The notes under the pieces: generated by a model
The model's input: the letters and a program-made list of their open reading frames with translations, nothing else
Database searches by the model: none
What the model was told of the DNA's origin: nothing
Position numbers and translations under genes: made by a program
Source of the DNA: Planctomycetota bacterium
GTDB lineage: Bacteria; Planctomycetota; UBA11346
Reading direction: 5' to 3'
DNA: 64,000 bases
Assembly: GCA_038231435.1 (NCBI GenBank)
Contig: JBBRLJ010000020.1
Span: forward strand, 33,819 to 97,818
Shown here: one piece after another, positions 49,859 to 58,982 of the stretch
Numbering within the stretch: position 1 is the first letter of the stretch
Layout of the letters: the number at the start of each line of letters is the position of its first letter

Positions 49859-50370
49859 GCCAAGGCTCCAGCGCTTCGAGGAGCGCGCGTCGAGCGCGCG
49901 TACGGCCACCACGCGAGGATCCATACTCCGGCGCCGAGCAATAGCGGCGCCACCGGCTGGACCGGGAGGAGATTCGCGAAATGCCTGGCGGCCTCGATCG
50001 ATTCGCGATAGCGCAGGTCGGGCCACATCAGCGCGCCGCCGATGGCGAACGCCAAGCCGATCTTCCAGGGATATCCCGGGCGGCCCTTGCGGCCCTGGAT
50101 GGCCTGGATCGGGATGCCGATCAGCAGCAGCGGGGCTCCCACCATGTACAGGCGGCTCGAGGTCTCGGGACCGAGCCACAGCCACAGGAACACCGCGGCG
50201 AGCACCAGCAGCGCACCCAGCCTGACCTCGGTGCGGCATCCGGGATCGGTGAAGGTGAAGCCTGGCTTCGGCTCTGTCTTGGCGTCTGGTTTCGGATCCT
50301 GCTTCAGGTCCGACTTCGCGGCGGAGGCGTGCGAGGGTGCTTGGTCGGTCACGGCGTTCCAGTCTCCCAT
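49855..50370 (-). CDS. polytopic membrane protein
   Basis: Three to four hydrophobic helices ('LGALLVLAAVFLWLWL', 'VGAPLLLIGIPI', 'IGLAFAIGGALMW', 'APLLLGAGVWILAWW'). The start is uncertain because the ATG overlaps the rsmE 3' end. Confidence 0.45.
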   Translation of the reverse strand: MGDWNAVTDQAPSHASAAKSDLKQDPKPDAKTEPKPGFTFTDPGCRTEVRLGALLVLAAVFLWLWLGPETSSRLYMVGAPLLLIGIPIQAIQGRKGRPGYPWKIGLAFAIGGALMWPDLRYRESIEAARHFANLLPVQPVAPLLLGAGVWILAWWPYARSTRAPRSAGALA

Positions 50371-51059
50371 GTGGCGATCCATACCGCGGAGGCGGCGATG
50401 GCGGCGGTCTCGATGCGCAGGATCGTGCTGGCCAGGCGCACGCGGCGCGCCGATGCCAACAGCTCAAGCTCCGCCTCGGTCAATCCCCCCTCCGGTCCGA
50501 TCACCAGGGTGGTGGCGAGCGGCGATCCGGGCGCGGCGGCTGAACCGCTCGGGTCCAGGACTATAAGGCGCGCTCCAGAAGCTGCCAAGGCGGTAACCTC
50601 GACCGCCGGCCCGATCTCCATGCGCCGACCGCGCCGGCACTGCTTCAGGGCTTCGGCCGCCACCCGGCGTTGGCGATCGAGATTGGCCGGCACGCGTTCG
50701 CCGCGTTCGCATGCGAGGGGCCTGAGAGCGCCCACGCCCAGTTCGGCCAGCGCGCGCACCAGATCGGCGAACCGGTCGCCCTTGGGGACGGCGCAGGCGA
50801 CGGTCAGGAGCTCGGCCGCGGTTGGGGGAACCGGCTCGATCAGCTCCACCTCGACCTCGAGCGCTTCGCGGCCGACGCCGGTGACCACGGCCTTCGCCGC
50901 CGTGCCCTCGCCATCGGCGAGGCGGACGGTCTCGCCGGTGCGCAGCCGCAACACCACCCGGCCATGATGCGCCTCGTCACCCTCGATGACCAGGGTGCCG
51001 AGACGCAACGGCGGCGACACCAGGAGGGTACGCAGGCTCACGCGCCCGGTTGTGGCCAT
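50349..51059 (-). CDS. rsmE: 16S rRNA (uracil1498-N3)-methyltransferase
   Basis: 'LLTVACAVPKGDRFADLVRALAELGVGALRPL' and 'LVIGPEGGLTEAELELL' match the RsmE/DUF558 motifs. Start at the ATG at 51059. Confidence 0.8.
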   Translation of the reverse strand: MATTGRVSLRTLLVSPPLRLGTLVIEGDEAHHGRVVLRLRTGETVRLADGEGTAAKAVVTGVGREALEVEVELIEPVPPTAAELLTVACAVPKGDRFADLVRALAELGVGALRPLACERGERVPANLDRQRRVAAEALKQCRRGRRMEIGPAVEVTALAASGARLIVLDPSGSAAAPGSPLATTLVIGPEGGLTEAELELLASARRVRLASTILRIETAAIAASAVWIATWETGTP

Positions 51060-51157
51060 CGGCTCGGTGGTGACAAGCACGCAGGTACCTACGGCCTGCC
51101 CGGGGACCCGTTGAAGCCAATCGTTTACGCCGACCGCCGGCGGCTGGCCGAGCGCTT

Positions 51158-52741
51158 TCAGCCCGTGCCGCGCGCCTTTCCGCCAGGTGTGCTGGGTACC
51201 CCGGATGCACCAGGCGCGTCGGACGCGTCTGGCGCATCGGCGCTGACGCAGCGGGTCGCGGCCCAGGCCCGCAGCCGGGCGACCCGCTCCGCCATGGTAA
51301 CTGACAACGGCGTGGTGGCCTTGACCGCGGCCAGGACCTTGTTGGTGGTCAGGGTGGCCTTGGTGGCGTGGCACTCGAGCAGCGCCGAGGCGATGGCCTG
51401 CTCGATCTCTGCCCCGCTGAAGCGGTCGGCGGCGGCGCCGAGCACCCTGAGATCGAAGGCCTTTGGATCCGACCCGCGCTTCGCAAGGTGGATGCGGAAC
51501 AGTTCCTCGCGCACCGCCGCGTCGGGCAGATCGACGAAGAAGATCTCGTCGAAGCGGCCTTTGCGCAACAGCTCGGGCGGCAACGCCTCGATGTCGTTGG
51601 CCGTGGCCACCAGGAACACCGCCGCGCGCCGCTCTTGCATCCAGGTGAGCAAGCTGCCGAACATGCGCTGCGACAGGCCTCCATCGGTCGAGTGGCTCGC
51701 GGCCGAGGCGAAGGCCTTCTCGATCTCGTCGATCCACAACACCATCGGCGCCATCGCCTCGGCCTGCTTCAATGCCTCGCGCAAGCGGCGCTCGGATTCA
51801 CCGACCCACTTGTCGTAGAGCACGCCGGCATCGAGACGCAGGAGCGGCCGCTGCCAGGCGCTGGCGATCGCCTTGGCACACAGGCTCTTGCCCGAGCCAG
51901 GCACGCCGAGCAGGAGCACTCCGCGCGGTGGTTCGATGCCGGTCTCGGGCCCCGCGTCGATCACCCGTCGGCGCAATTCCAACCAGCGCTTGAGTGCCGG
52001 TACGCCGGCCACGTCCTCGAGCGACACCGGCACGTCGACGTAGTCGAGCAGGCCGGCGGTATGCAGCAGCTTGCGCTTGCGCGTCAGGACGTTCTGCACG
52101 TCCTTGGCGTCGAAGGCGTCGTCCTCGACGGCGACGTCGGCGATCACCTGCGACGCCTGGGCCCGCGTCAATCCGCGCAGGTTCTTCACCAGCGAGGTGA
52201 AGTTCTCCTTCGACAGGCTCACGGCGATACGTTCGTCCTCCTCCTTGAGCGCGCGCAGGGTTCCCTTCACCAGGCCGGCCAGTTCGTCATCGTCGGGGAG
52301 GGCCGGCTCGAAGCGCACCGCGCTGCGCGCCACCACCTCGGGTAGGCGGTCGTTGTGGTCGATCATCACTAGGGTGGCGCGCATCGTCCGGCAATGGTCT
52401 ATGAGCTCGCGCAGCGCGCGCTGGGTGAGAGGATCCTCGAGGTGCGCGCCGAGATCGAGGGTGACCATCACCTTGGCGTGATCCTCGAGGGCGAAATGGC
52501 GCAGCGCCTTCGCCGGCACATTGCTTTCGGGTCGCTTCTGGTGCTCTTGCGAGAACAGCCCCTCGCAGATGCCGCGCACCGTCGACCAGGACAGCATCGG
52601 CCGCTTGCAATCGACCGCCGCGCCCACCACCACCTCGAGCGCGTGGTTCTCGTCGCTGGTGACGATCGAGATGCAGGGATGGCGCGCCCGCAGCAGCTTC
52701 ACGAAGCGGTCCCGATCACCCATGCGCTCAGCCTGCTCCAA
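51158..52741 (-). CDS. AAA+ family ATPase (single AAA domain with ~280-aa N-terminal domain)
   Basis: Walker A 'GVPGSGKS', Walker B 'VLWIDEIE', and sensor/arginine-finger region 'LLRKGRFDEIFFVDLP'. Confidence 0.8.
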   Translation of the reverse strand: MEQAERMGDRDRFVKLLRARHPCISIVTSDENHALEVVVGAAVDCKRPMLSWSTVRGICEGLFSQEHQKRPESNVPAKALRHFALEDHAKVMVTLDLGAHLEDPLTQRALRELIDHCRTMRATLVMIDHNDRLPEVVARSAVRFEPALPDDDELAGLVKGTLRALKEEDERIAVSLSKENFTSLVKNLRGLTRAQASQVIADVAVEDDAFDAKDVQNVLTRKRKLLHTAGLLDYVDVPVSLEDVAGVPALKRWLELRRRVIDAGPETGIEPPRGVLLLGVPGSGKSLCAKAIASAWQRPLLRLDAGVLYDKWVGESERRLREALKQAEAMAPMVLWIDEIEKAFASAASHSTDGGLSQRMFGSLLTWMQERRAAVFLVATANDIEALPPELLRKGRFDEIFFVDLPDAAVREELFRIHLAKRGSDPKAFDLRVLGAAADRFSGAEIEQAIASALLECHATKATLTTNKVLAAVKATTPLSVTMAERVARLRAWAATRCVSADAPDASDAPGASGVPSTPGGKARGTG

Positions 52742-53759
52742 CGGATGGTGCTGACAAGATACCCTGCTCCGCCACAGCCGTTGCGCCCGCGGATACGCTG
52801 GCGCGCGTGGCTATCGATGCCTCGGCAAGCGATGCGTCAGCGAGGGGCGCGTCAGCGAGCGCCGCGCGCAGTACGCGCTGGCCCGCGGGCATGCGGCTGT
52901 CAATCAGGCGCAGCACCGCTGCGTCGAAGCGCTCGTCGCCCAGCTGCAGGCATTCGCGCAGGTAGGCGTCGCTGCCGAGCAGCTTCGGCCAGCACGGCGA
53001 CAGCGCCTCTGGCGCGAAGCTGCCGAGGATCTCCTCGAGCTCTGCTGGCGGCTCGGTCTCGCCCGCCGCCGCGGCGACGTGCAGGAGCAGGATGCGGCTG
53101 GCCGCGGGATAGGACAATGGATGGCGCACGCTCTTGCCCGAGATGCCGCACACCAGCCCATAGAGGAACGACGGCTCGCGCCAATCGAACAGCGAATCGA
53201 GAGTGATCTGCACGTACTCGACGCCCCCGCGATCCTCGGACATGCGGATGAAGACCTTGTCCGCGAGAACCTCGAAGCTGCCGTGGTAGCTGTAGTGCAC
53301 CCGGCCTGACTCGCGCACCTGCATCGAGACCTTGTCGCCGTCGATGTGCAGCAGGCTGCGCTGGACGCGACCGTCGTCGAGGAACGAATTAGAATAGCTG
53401 AGCCACCAGCCGTCGTGGTAGTGCTGGTCCTTACGATAGTTCCCGAAGTCGTGCTCGAGCCGGGAGCGTTTGTCCTGTTCGGAGGAGGCCTGCTGCTCCG
53501 CCTGCGCCAGGCGCTGCCGCACCTCGGGCGGGGTCTGCGCGAGCAGGGCGAGATCGAGGAACGCCGCGCGATCCTCGCGGTCGAGCTTGAGCTCGTCAGC
53601 CCAGCGCTCGATCTGCTCGGACGTGGGCAGGCGCTGGCCGGTGCGTACCCGCGAAAGGGTCGACGGGCTGAGCTCGACGCGCAGGGCGAAGTCCGCCATG
53701 CTCAGACCCTGCTTGCGGACCAAGGCCGCCAGGAAATCGCCGAACTGGGAATCGCGCAT
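52728..53759 (-). CDS. XRE-family HTH transcriptional regulator with uncharacterised C-terminal domain
   Basis: 'LSMADFALRVELSPSTLSRVRTGQRLPTSEQIERWADELKL' is a Cro/C1-type HTH. Its 3' end overlaps the AAA gene start by 14 nt. Confidence 0.65.
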   Translation of the reverse strand: MRDSQFGDFLAALVRKQGLSMADFALRVELSPSTLSRVRTGQRLPTSEQIERWADELKLDREDRAAFLDLALLAQTPPEVRQRLAQAEQQASSEQDKRSRLEHDFGNYRKDQHYHDGWWLSYSNSFLDDGRVQRSLLHIDGDKVSMQVRESGRVHYSYHGSFEVLADKVFIRMSEDRGGVEYVQITLDSLFDWREPSFLYGLVCGISGKSVRHPLSYPAASRILLLHVAAAAGETEPPAELEEILGSFAPEALSPCWPKLLGSDAYLRECLQLGDERFDAAVLRLIDSRMPAGQRVLRAALADAPLADASLAEASIATRASVSAGATAVAEQGILSAPSVGAG

Positions 53760-54027
53760 GGGCTGCTCCTGGATTGCCGGACTGCGGGATGATTCCGCAT
53801 CGTCTGCAACGGTTTCGTTGGATCTTGCGCCCTTTCGGGCGTCTTAGTGAAGATACACCGCAATCCACCCCCTCGTTGATGACGATTCGTTGCGTCTCTT
53901 GCGCAATCGTTTCCACCCGACGCAAGCCGCCCAGCGGTGCGACGGTGGCACCGCATCCAGGCCCAGTGCTCCTGCCTGCGCATGGAAAGCGCTCATGCCG
54001 GAGCCGATGGCGCGGTCATGACGGTAC

Positions 54028-55566
54028 ATGGGCACCTCGAACGCGACGGCTTCTCAGGCTACCTCCACCATCTCGTGCACGACGCGGGCATGCCTGCTCA
54101 GCGGGTCCCTCCATCTGCTGTTCCTTGGCGCTTTCAGCGGCGTGTGCTGGCTCTTCACCGTCGATACGCCCACCGCTCCGGTGCGTGCGACGGTGATGGA
54201 CCCGCCCCGGCCACGGCCCGACCCCGACGCCGCGCGAACGCTCGATCCACCGATCGATATCGACGCGGTCGAGGACGCGCCGTCACCGGTGGTGCTCGAA
54301 ATGGCCGACGATGAATCGTCGAGCGACGCCAGGGACGCCGATGGATCCACCGCGCTCGGCACGGTCGACGCCGTCACAGAATCCTCCAGCGCTGGAACGT
54401 CCGCCTTCTTCGCGCTCGGCGCTCTCGGACAGGCGGCGGGATCGTTCGGACAGCGTACCGCCCACGGCCGCAAGCGCGCCGTCGCCCACGGCGGCGCGAG
54501 CATCGCCAGCGAGGAGGCCGTCGAATCGGCGCTGCGCTGGTTCAAACGCCATCAGCGCGCGGATGGCTGGTGGGACCCCGCGTGCTATCTCGGCCAATGC
54601 GCGGGCGGCGTCCAGGCCACCATCCCTGCCGCGCGCGCGGCACCGGTGGACGCGAACGCGCAAGGTACGGTCGCCTTCACTGGCCTGGCGCTGCTCTGCT
54701 ACCTTGGCGCGGGCTACGACCATCAGGCCAGCAGCCCCTACACGGCAACGGTCGCGCGCGCGCTGCATGCGCTGCTGCGCGCGCAACGGCCGACCGGCGG
54801 ATTCGCGGGCGGGAACTACACCCAGGCCATCGCCGCCCTGGCGGTGATCGAGGCCTACGGCATGAGTCACGACCGCGAGCTTGAAGCTCCGGCGCGACGC
54901 GCGGCCCAGGCGGTGCTGGTCAAGCAGAACCGCGACGGGGCCGCGCGGTCGGGCTGGGACTACGGGGGCCCCACGCATCGCGACGATACCTCGGTCAGTG
55001 GCTGGAACGCGCAGGCGCTGGTGAGCGCCGAGGCGGCGGGGCTCGGTTCCGGCGGCGACCTCGACCAGGGGCTCGCCGGTGCGCGCGGCTGGCTCGAGCA
55101 TTCGTGGTCGCTGGTCAAGCCTGAGTGGCGCTACCCCTACGCGATGGACGGCGGAAAGATCTCGGCAGGCACCGGCAGCCTCAACGGCGTGGCCGTGACC
55201 TGCGCGTACATCCTCGGGGGCAAGCGCGATCAGCACATGGTCGACGCGCTGTCCGACGCCGTCGTCACCCACGTGCCGCTAGCGTATCCCTGCAACACCT
55301 ATGGGCTCTACTACGACACCATCGCCATGTTCCATGTCGGCGGCAGGCGCTGGAGCCACTGGAATGAGAGCGTACGCGACCTGCTGGTGCATGCGCAGGC
55401 CCCGGGCGACGACTGCCTCGGCGGCAGCTGGGAAGGCGACACCAGCTTCTGCGGCGGGCCACAGGGCCGCGTGATGGCGACGGCGCTGTGCTGCCTCAGC
55501 CTGGAGGTCTATTACCGCTACGCACGACCCCACCCGGGCATCACCGCTGCGGCGACCGCCCGTTAG
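54028..55566 (+). CDS. membrane-anchored prenyltransferase/squalene-oxidase-repeat (alpha/alpha-toroid) protein
   Basis: TM 'LLSGSLHLLFLGAFSGVCWLFTV'. Toroid repeats ('HQRADGWW', 'QRPTGGFAGG', 'NRDGAARSGWDYG'). Similar family to the 61819 anti-sigma factor. Confidence 0.6.
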   Translation: MGTSNATASQATSTISCTTRACLLSGSLHLLFLGAFSGVCWLFTVDTPTAPVRATVMDPPRPRPDPDAARTLDPPIDIDAVEDAPSPVVLEMADDESSSDARDADGSTALGTVDAVTESSSAGTSAFFALGALGQAAGSFGQRTAHGRKRAVAHGGASIASEEAVESALRWFKRHQRADGWWDPACYLGQCAGGVQATIPAARAAPVDANAQGTVAFTGLALLCYLGAGYDHQASSPYTATVARALHALLRAQRPTGGFAGGNYTQAIAALAVIEAYGMSHDRELEAPARRAAQAVLVKQNRDGAARSGWDYGGPTHRDDTSVSGWNAQALVSAEAAGLGSGGDLDQGLAGARGWLEHSWSLVKPEWRYPYAMDGGKISAGTGSLNGVAVTCAYILGGKRDQHMVDALSDAVVTHVPLAYPCNTYGLYYDTIAMFHVGGRRWSHWNESVRDLLVHAQAPGDDCLGGSWEGDTSFCGGPQGRVMATALCCLSLEVYYRYARPHPGITAAATAR

Positions 55567-55678
55567 CCCACGGCCGCCAGGCAGGGCCCCGCTCGTGCTG
55601 GGCGACGCGATGAGCGCTCGCAACACGACGCATCCCGTGCACTGACTTGAAGTGGACGCCGAGCCAGCCCCACCGACC

Positions 55679-56356
55679 ATGACCGCCATGCGCGCGCTGC
55701 TCGTCGCCGTGGTCTGTTCCTGCCCCCTCGCGATATCAGCCGTCGAACCGCTGGTGCTCAACGACCTGCGCGCCGGTGCCGGTACCATGTTCGACGATTT
55801 CAGTTCGCGCACCAACACCACCACCACGTCCCCCGCGGGCACAGTGCTGGCGACGACGTCGGACGAGCACCATGACGACGCGATCGAGTTCCGCGCTGGG
55901 ATCCAGTACCTCGCCGGCACGCTCGGCCCGGGCGGAGGCCTGATCTACGGCGCCCAGATGGCCGACTACCGCGCACGCTTCCATGATGACACCTCGACCA
56001 CCACCATCGACGGGCCGGTGGTGGACGCGCTCGCAGGATATGCGGTGTCACCCGTCTCGGGTTTCCATCTCGAGGCGACGCCGATCGCAGGCATCGGTTA
56101 TGCGTTCCTGGACATCCGTGACCGCAACGGCCAGGTCATCGGCAACCGTTCGCTGTACATCGAGTACGGCTTCCGCGTGGCTGCCTACGCCACCATCGAC
56201 GACTGCTGGCAGATCGGACTCGAAGTCCCCTTCATGGTCGGCCGGTGGCGGCCCAAGTACGGCTACCTCGACGGCGCCGGCAACCACATCGAGGTCTCGG
56301 ACAAGCGCGTGAAGAGCGGCGGTGGAGTGATGTTGAGCCTCGGGGTACGCTTTTAG
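55679..56356 (+). CDS. outer-membrane beta-barrel protein
   Basis: Signal peptide 'MTAMRALLVAVVCSCPLAISA'. Alternating strands. C-terminal '...MLSLGVRF'. Confidence 0.55.
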   Translation: MTAMRALLVAVVCSCPLAISAVEPLVLNDLRAGAGTMFDDFSSRTNTTTTSPAGTVLATTSDEHHDDAIEFRAGIQYLAGTLGPGGGLIYGAQMADYRARFHDDTSTTTIDGPVVDALAGYAVSPVSGFHLEATPIAGIGYAFLDIRDRNGQVIGNRSLYIEYGFRVAAYATIDDCWQIGLEVPFMVGRWRPKYGYLDGAGNHIEVSDKRVKSGGGVMLSLGVRF

Positions 56357-56427
56357 TTGGGGGGCTACGGCCTACGGCCGGCGGATGCCCCAAAGGGCAT
56401 CCGAGATCGCTTCGCGATCCCCCCAAC
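56356..56427 (+). repeat. REP-like hairpin interrupted in its loop by a ~45-bp insert with a 7-bp duplication (tacggcc) and an internal GATGCCC-caaa-GGGCATC hairpin
   Basis: GTTGGGGGGC-tacggcc-[tacggcc...cgcgat]-CCCCCCAAC followed by 'catcggcctgcccc'. Compare the uninterrupted copies at 43655 and 43865. Confidence 0.7.
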
Positions 56428-56540
56428 ATCGGCCTGCCCCTACAGACCGGGGCCTTACGCCAGCCTGCCCCCGGGAGGCGGGGAGAAGGGAGGGCTTTAG
56501 GGCCGGAGATGCACGTCCTGTCCGGGACTCGATATCGCAG

Positions 56541-58145
56541 TTATTTTTTTCCGGGCGCGGGCGTTTGCTGGGGCTGATGGGGCGACTGATTGGCGCCGGC
56601 GTTGTTGAGGATGGTGCCGGCGAGGGCGTCCTGGATGCCGCCGCCGCCGGTGACCATCACCTGGGGTGTGATCTGCACTTTGCCTTCGGCGACCATCTTC
56701 ATCAGTTCGAGCTGGGTGACGCCCTGCTGGCCGAGGGCCGAGACCATCGCCTCGTACGCCTTGCGCCGCGCCTCGGCGGTGATCTCGATGTACTTGGCCT
56801 CGCCGAGGGCCTCCTGCTCGCGGCCGAGCGCGGCCTGCTTCTTCACCAGCACGTCGTATTCCGCCTCCGCCAGCTGCTTCTGCTGATCGGCGGTGGTCTG
56901 CGACTTCACGAACTCGGCGCGCGCCAGCTCGGCCTTCTGCTTCTGGCCGTAGAGCTGCTCCTGGTTCAGGGCCACCTGCTTGTCGGTCTGGGTCGCGATC
57001 AGCGCCTTGCCGGCGTCGGTCTCGTCGAGATCGATGTTGCCGACGAACACGCCTTCGGTGGTGATCTTGAACTTCTCGAGCTCCTTGCGCACGTGCGCGG
57101 TGGCGGTGGCCTCGACCTGGGTGCGGTTGTTGACGAAATCGAGTGCCGACTGCTCCTGCGCCACGTTGCGGAAGATCGCGCGCACCGCCGGCAGGATGAC
57201 CTTCGATTCGAGCAGGGTGAAGTTGGCCTTCTCATGCTCGTCGGCGAGCACCTGGTCGGGATTGCCGAGCAGCGCCACCAGGTACGGCGCGTCCGCCGCC
57301 GAGATGTTCACCGAGACGCGCACGTCGACCGGGAAGGTGAAGCCGTCGCGCGAACGCACCTTGATGGCGCGCGCCTTGTCCTGATAGGTGTACACGCGGT
57401 TGGTGGTCACCACCGCGACGGTGTGGTAGGCATCGGGATGCAGGTAGTAGGCGCCCGGTTCGAGCGGCTGGCTCCAGATGCCGCGGTAGCCCTTCGGCAC
57501 CAGCGCGGTGCCGTTCACCATCTGCGACTCGCCGACGAAGGTCTGGCCCGAGTTCGCCTTGACCACCACCACCTCGCCCGCGTTGACGTTCAGCGCCGGC
57601 CGCGCCTCGATCGTGAACAGGTGCGGATTGTACCGATAGCGGCCTGGGGTGAGCACGGTCAGCTGCGGTCCGCGGTAGCCCTCGCCCTTCAGGAAGGCGT
57701 GGGCGTCCATCATGCTGTCCTGGTCCTTCCAGGGCGGAGCGAAGACGTTGTCCGGCGGCAGCGGCTTGCCGTCGAGCGCGTTGACCACGCCGAGGCTGCC
57801 GGCCGGGATGATGATGGTGTCGACCTTGGTGATCTCGTACTTCCACGGCCAGTAGCCGAAGTGCCAGCCGGGGCCCAGGATCTCGGCCTGAGGACCCTTC
57901 TCGCCATTCGCCGCCACCACGTGGCCCTGCGGCAGATCCGCGCCCACCGTCTTGCTGATCAGTCCGGTCTGGTTGTCGCCGATATCCACCGCCGTGGGCA
58001 CGATGATCATCAGCAGTCCCACGCAGGAGGCGCACACGGCTCCGAACCCCCACAGGGCGCGGCCGTCGAACTTCAGGGTCAGCGCCCCGAGCAGCACCGC
58101 CGCGCCACCGAGGACGAGGACGAATCCGATGATCAGCAGCAGCAT
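56541..58145 (-). CDS. SPFH/band-7 flotillin-like protein
   Basis: N-terminal TM hairpin 'LLLIIGFVLVLGGAAVLLGAL' and an SPFH core. C-terminal EA/Q-rich coiled coil ('QKQKAELARAEF...QQKQLAEAEY'). Confidence 0.8.
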   Translation of the reverse strand: MLLLIIGFVLVLGGAAVLLGALTLKFDGRALWGFGAVCASCVGLLMIIVPTAVDIGDNQTGLISKTVGADLPQGHVVAANGEKGPQAEILGPGWHFGYWPWKYEITKVDTIIIPAGSLGVVNALDGKPLPPDNVFAPPWKDQDSMMDAHAFLKGEGYRGPQLTVLTPGRYRYNPHLFTIEARPALNVNAGEVVVVKANSGQTFVGESQMVNGTALVPKGYRGIWSQPLEPGAYYLHPDAYHTVAVVTTNRVYTYQDKARAIKVRSRDGFTFPVDVRVSVNISAADAPYLVALLGNPDQVLADEHEKANFTLLESKVILPAVRAIFRNVAQEQSALDFVNNRTQVEATATAHVRKELEKFKITTEGVFVGNIDLDETDAGKALIATQTDKQVALNQEQLYGQKQKAELARAEFVKSQTTADQQKQLAEAEYDVLVKKQAALGREQEALGEAKYIEITAEARRKAYEAMVSALGQQGVTQLELMKMVAEGKVQITPQVMVTGGGGIQDALAGTILNNAGANQSPHQPQQTPAPGKK

Positions 58146-58146
58146 G

Positions 58147-58413
58147 TCATTCCTGACGTGGTTGGGATTCTGGAGACTTCGCGGACGGAAGCGGATTCGG
58201 AGCAACGGTTCCAGGATCGGCGGTCGGCGCCAGCGCCGCCTGCTCGCGTTGCGCGACACGCTCGTCCCAGCGCCGCACCAGCTCGTCCGCCTCGCGCTGC
58301 TCGTCCTCGAGCTTGCGCCTGGCCTTCGCGGTCATCACCCGCATCACCGCCCCGACGCCCCCGAGCATCGAGAACAGGAACACCGCCCCGAGGATGATCA
58401 GAAGGACGCGCAC
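58147..58413 (-). CDS. small membrane protein upstream of flotillin (NfeD/YqiJ-like role possible)
   Basis: TM 'VLLIILGAVFLFSMLGGVGAV' followed by a charged helical tail. Its stop lies 1 nt before the flotillin ATG. Confidence 0.45.
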   Translation of the reverse strand: MRVLLIILGAVFLFSMLGGVGAVMRVMTAKARRKLEDEQREADELVRRWDERVAQREQAALAPTADPGTVAPNPLPSAKSPESQPRQE

Positions 58414-58565
58414 GTTGGTCGTAGGATGTATCGCCTCGACAGCCAGGTTCCAGCCTCGCGCTCGTCACCGCGCCCTCCACCGCTCCTCGGGCACGACGTC
58501 AGAAAAAATCTTCTCGCCCTAACGGTGCTAAGGGGCGAAGCCCCCTCTCAACCGCGGCAATGCCG

Positions 58566-58829
58566 CCGACCGCCGAGCCCCGGTTTTGCGGATACAATGG
58601 GCGAAGCCCATCCGCAAAACGATCTGACCGCCGCGGTCAGATCTAAGGGCGACAAAGGTCGTGGGGGCCCGGGGGCGGAGCCCCAGAAAACAAAAGCCGA
58701 CCGCCGAGCCCTGGTTTGCGTGTACAATGGGCGAAGCCCATCACGCAAACGATCTGACCGCGCAGCGGCAGATCGAAGGGCGACAAAGGTCGTGGGGGCC
58801 CGGGGGGCGGAGCCCCCCGAAACAAACAG
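58566..58829 (+). repeat. two tandem copies (~133 bp each) of a composite structured repeat directly abutting the 3' end of tRNA-Pro
   Basis: Each unit has four modules: (1) CCGCCGAGCCC; (2) the nested hairpin GGTTTTGCGG-ATACAAT-GGGC-GAA-GCCC-AT-CCGCAAAAC; (3) GATCTGACCGC..GCGGTCAGATC; (4) GGGCGACAAAGGTCGTGGGGGCCCGGGGGCGGAGCCCC. Confidence 0.8.
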
Positions 58830-58907
58830 TGGTCGGACCGACAGGATTTGAACCTGCGACCCTTGCGTCCCAAACGCAATGCTCTAGCCAAGCTGAGCTA
58901 CGGTCCG
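58830..58907 (-). tRNA. tRNA-Pro (anticodon UGG)
   Basis: Reverse complement folds as a cloverleaf. Acceptor stem CGGACCG/CGGTCCG, D-stem GCTC/GAGC, anticodon stem TTGCG/CGCAA with loop TTTGGGA (anticodon TGG, G37), T-stem GCAGG/CCTGT with TTCAAAT loop, discriminator A and encoded CCA. Confidence 0.85.
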
Positions 58908-58982
58908 ATGTGAGATGACAGAGCGTATGGCGCTCCGCCGCCATTCCAGGCCGAGATGGCCGCAGCCATCCAGGTCTTCGCG

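Noticed and set aside
56385-58397. 670-aa plus-strand ORF antisense to the flotillin gene
   Set aside because: Shadow ORF; low-complexity Leu/Gly/Arg.
58566-58829. possible CRISPR array (direct repeats next to a tRNA)
   Set aside because: Only two units of ~133 bp each. There are no short conserved repeats alternating with unique spacers, and no cas genes nearby.
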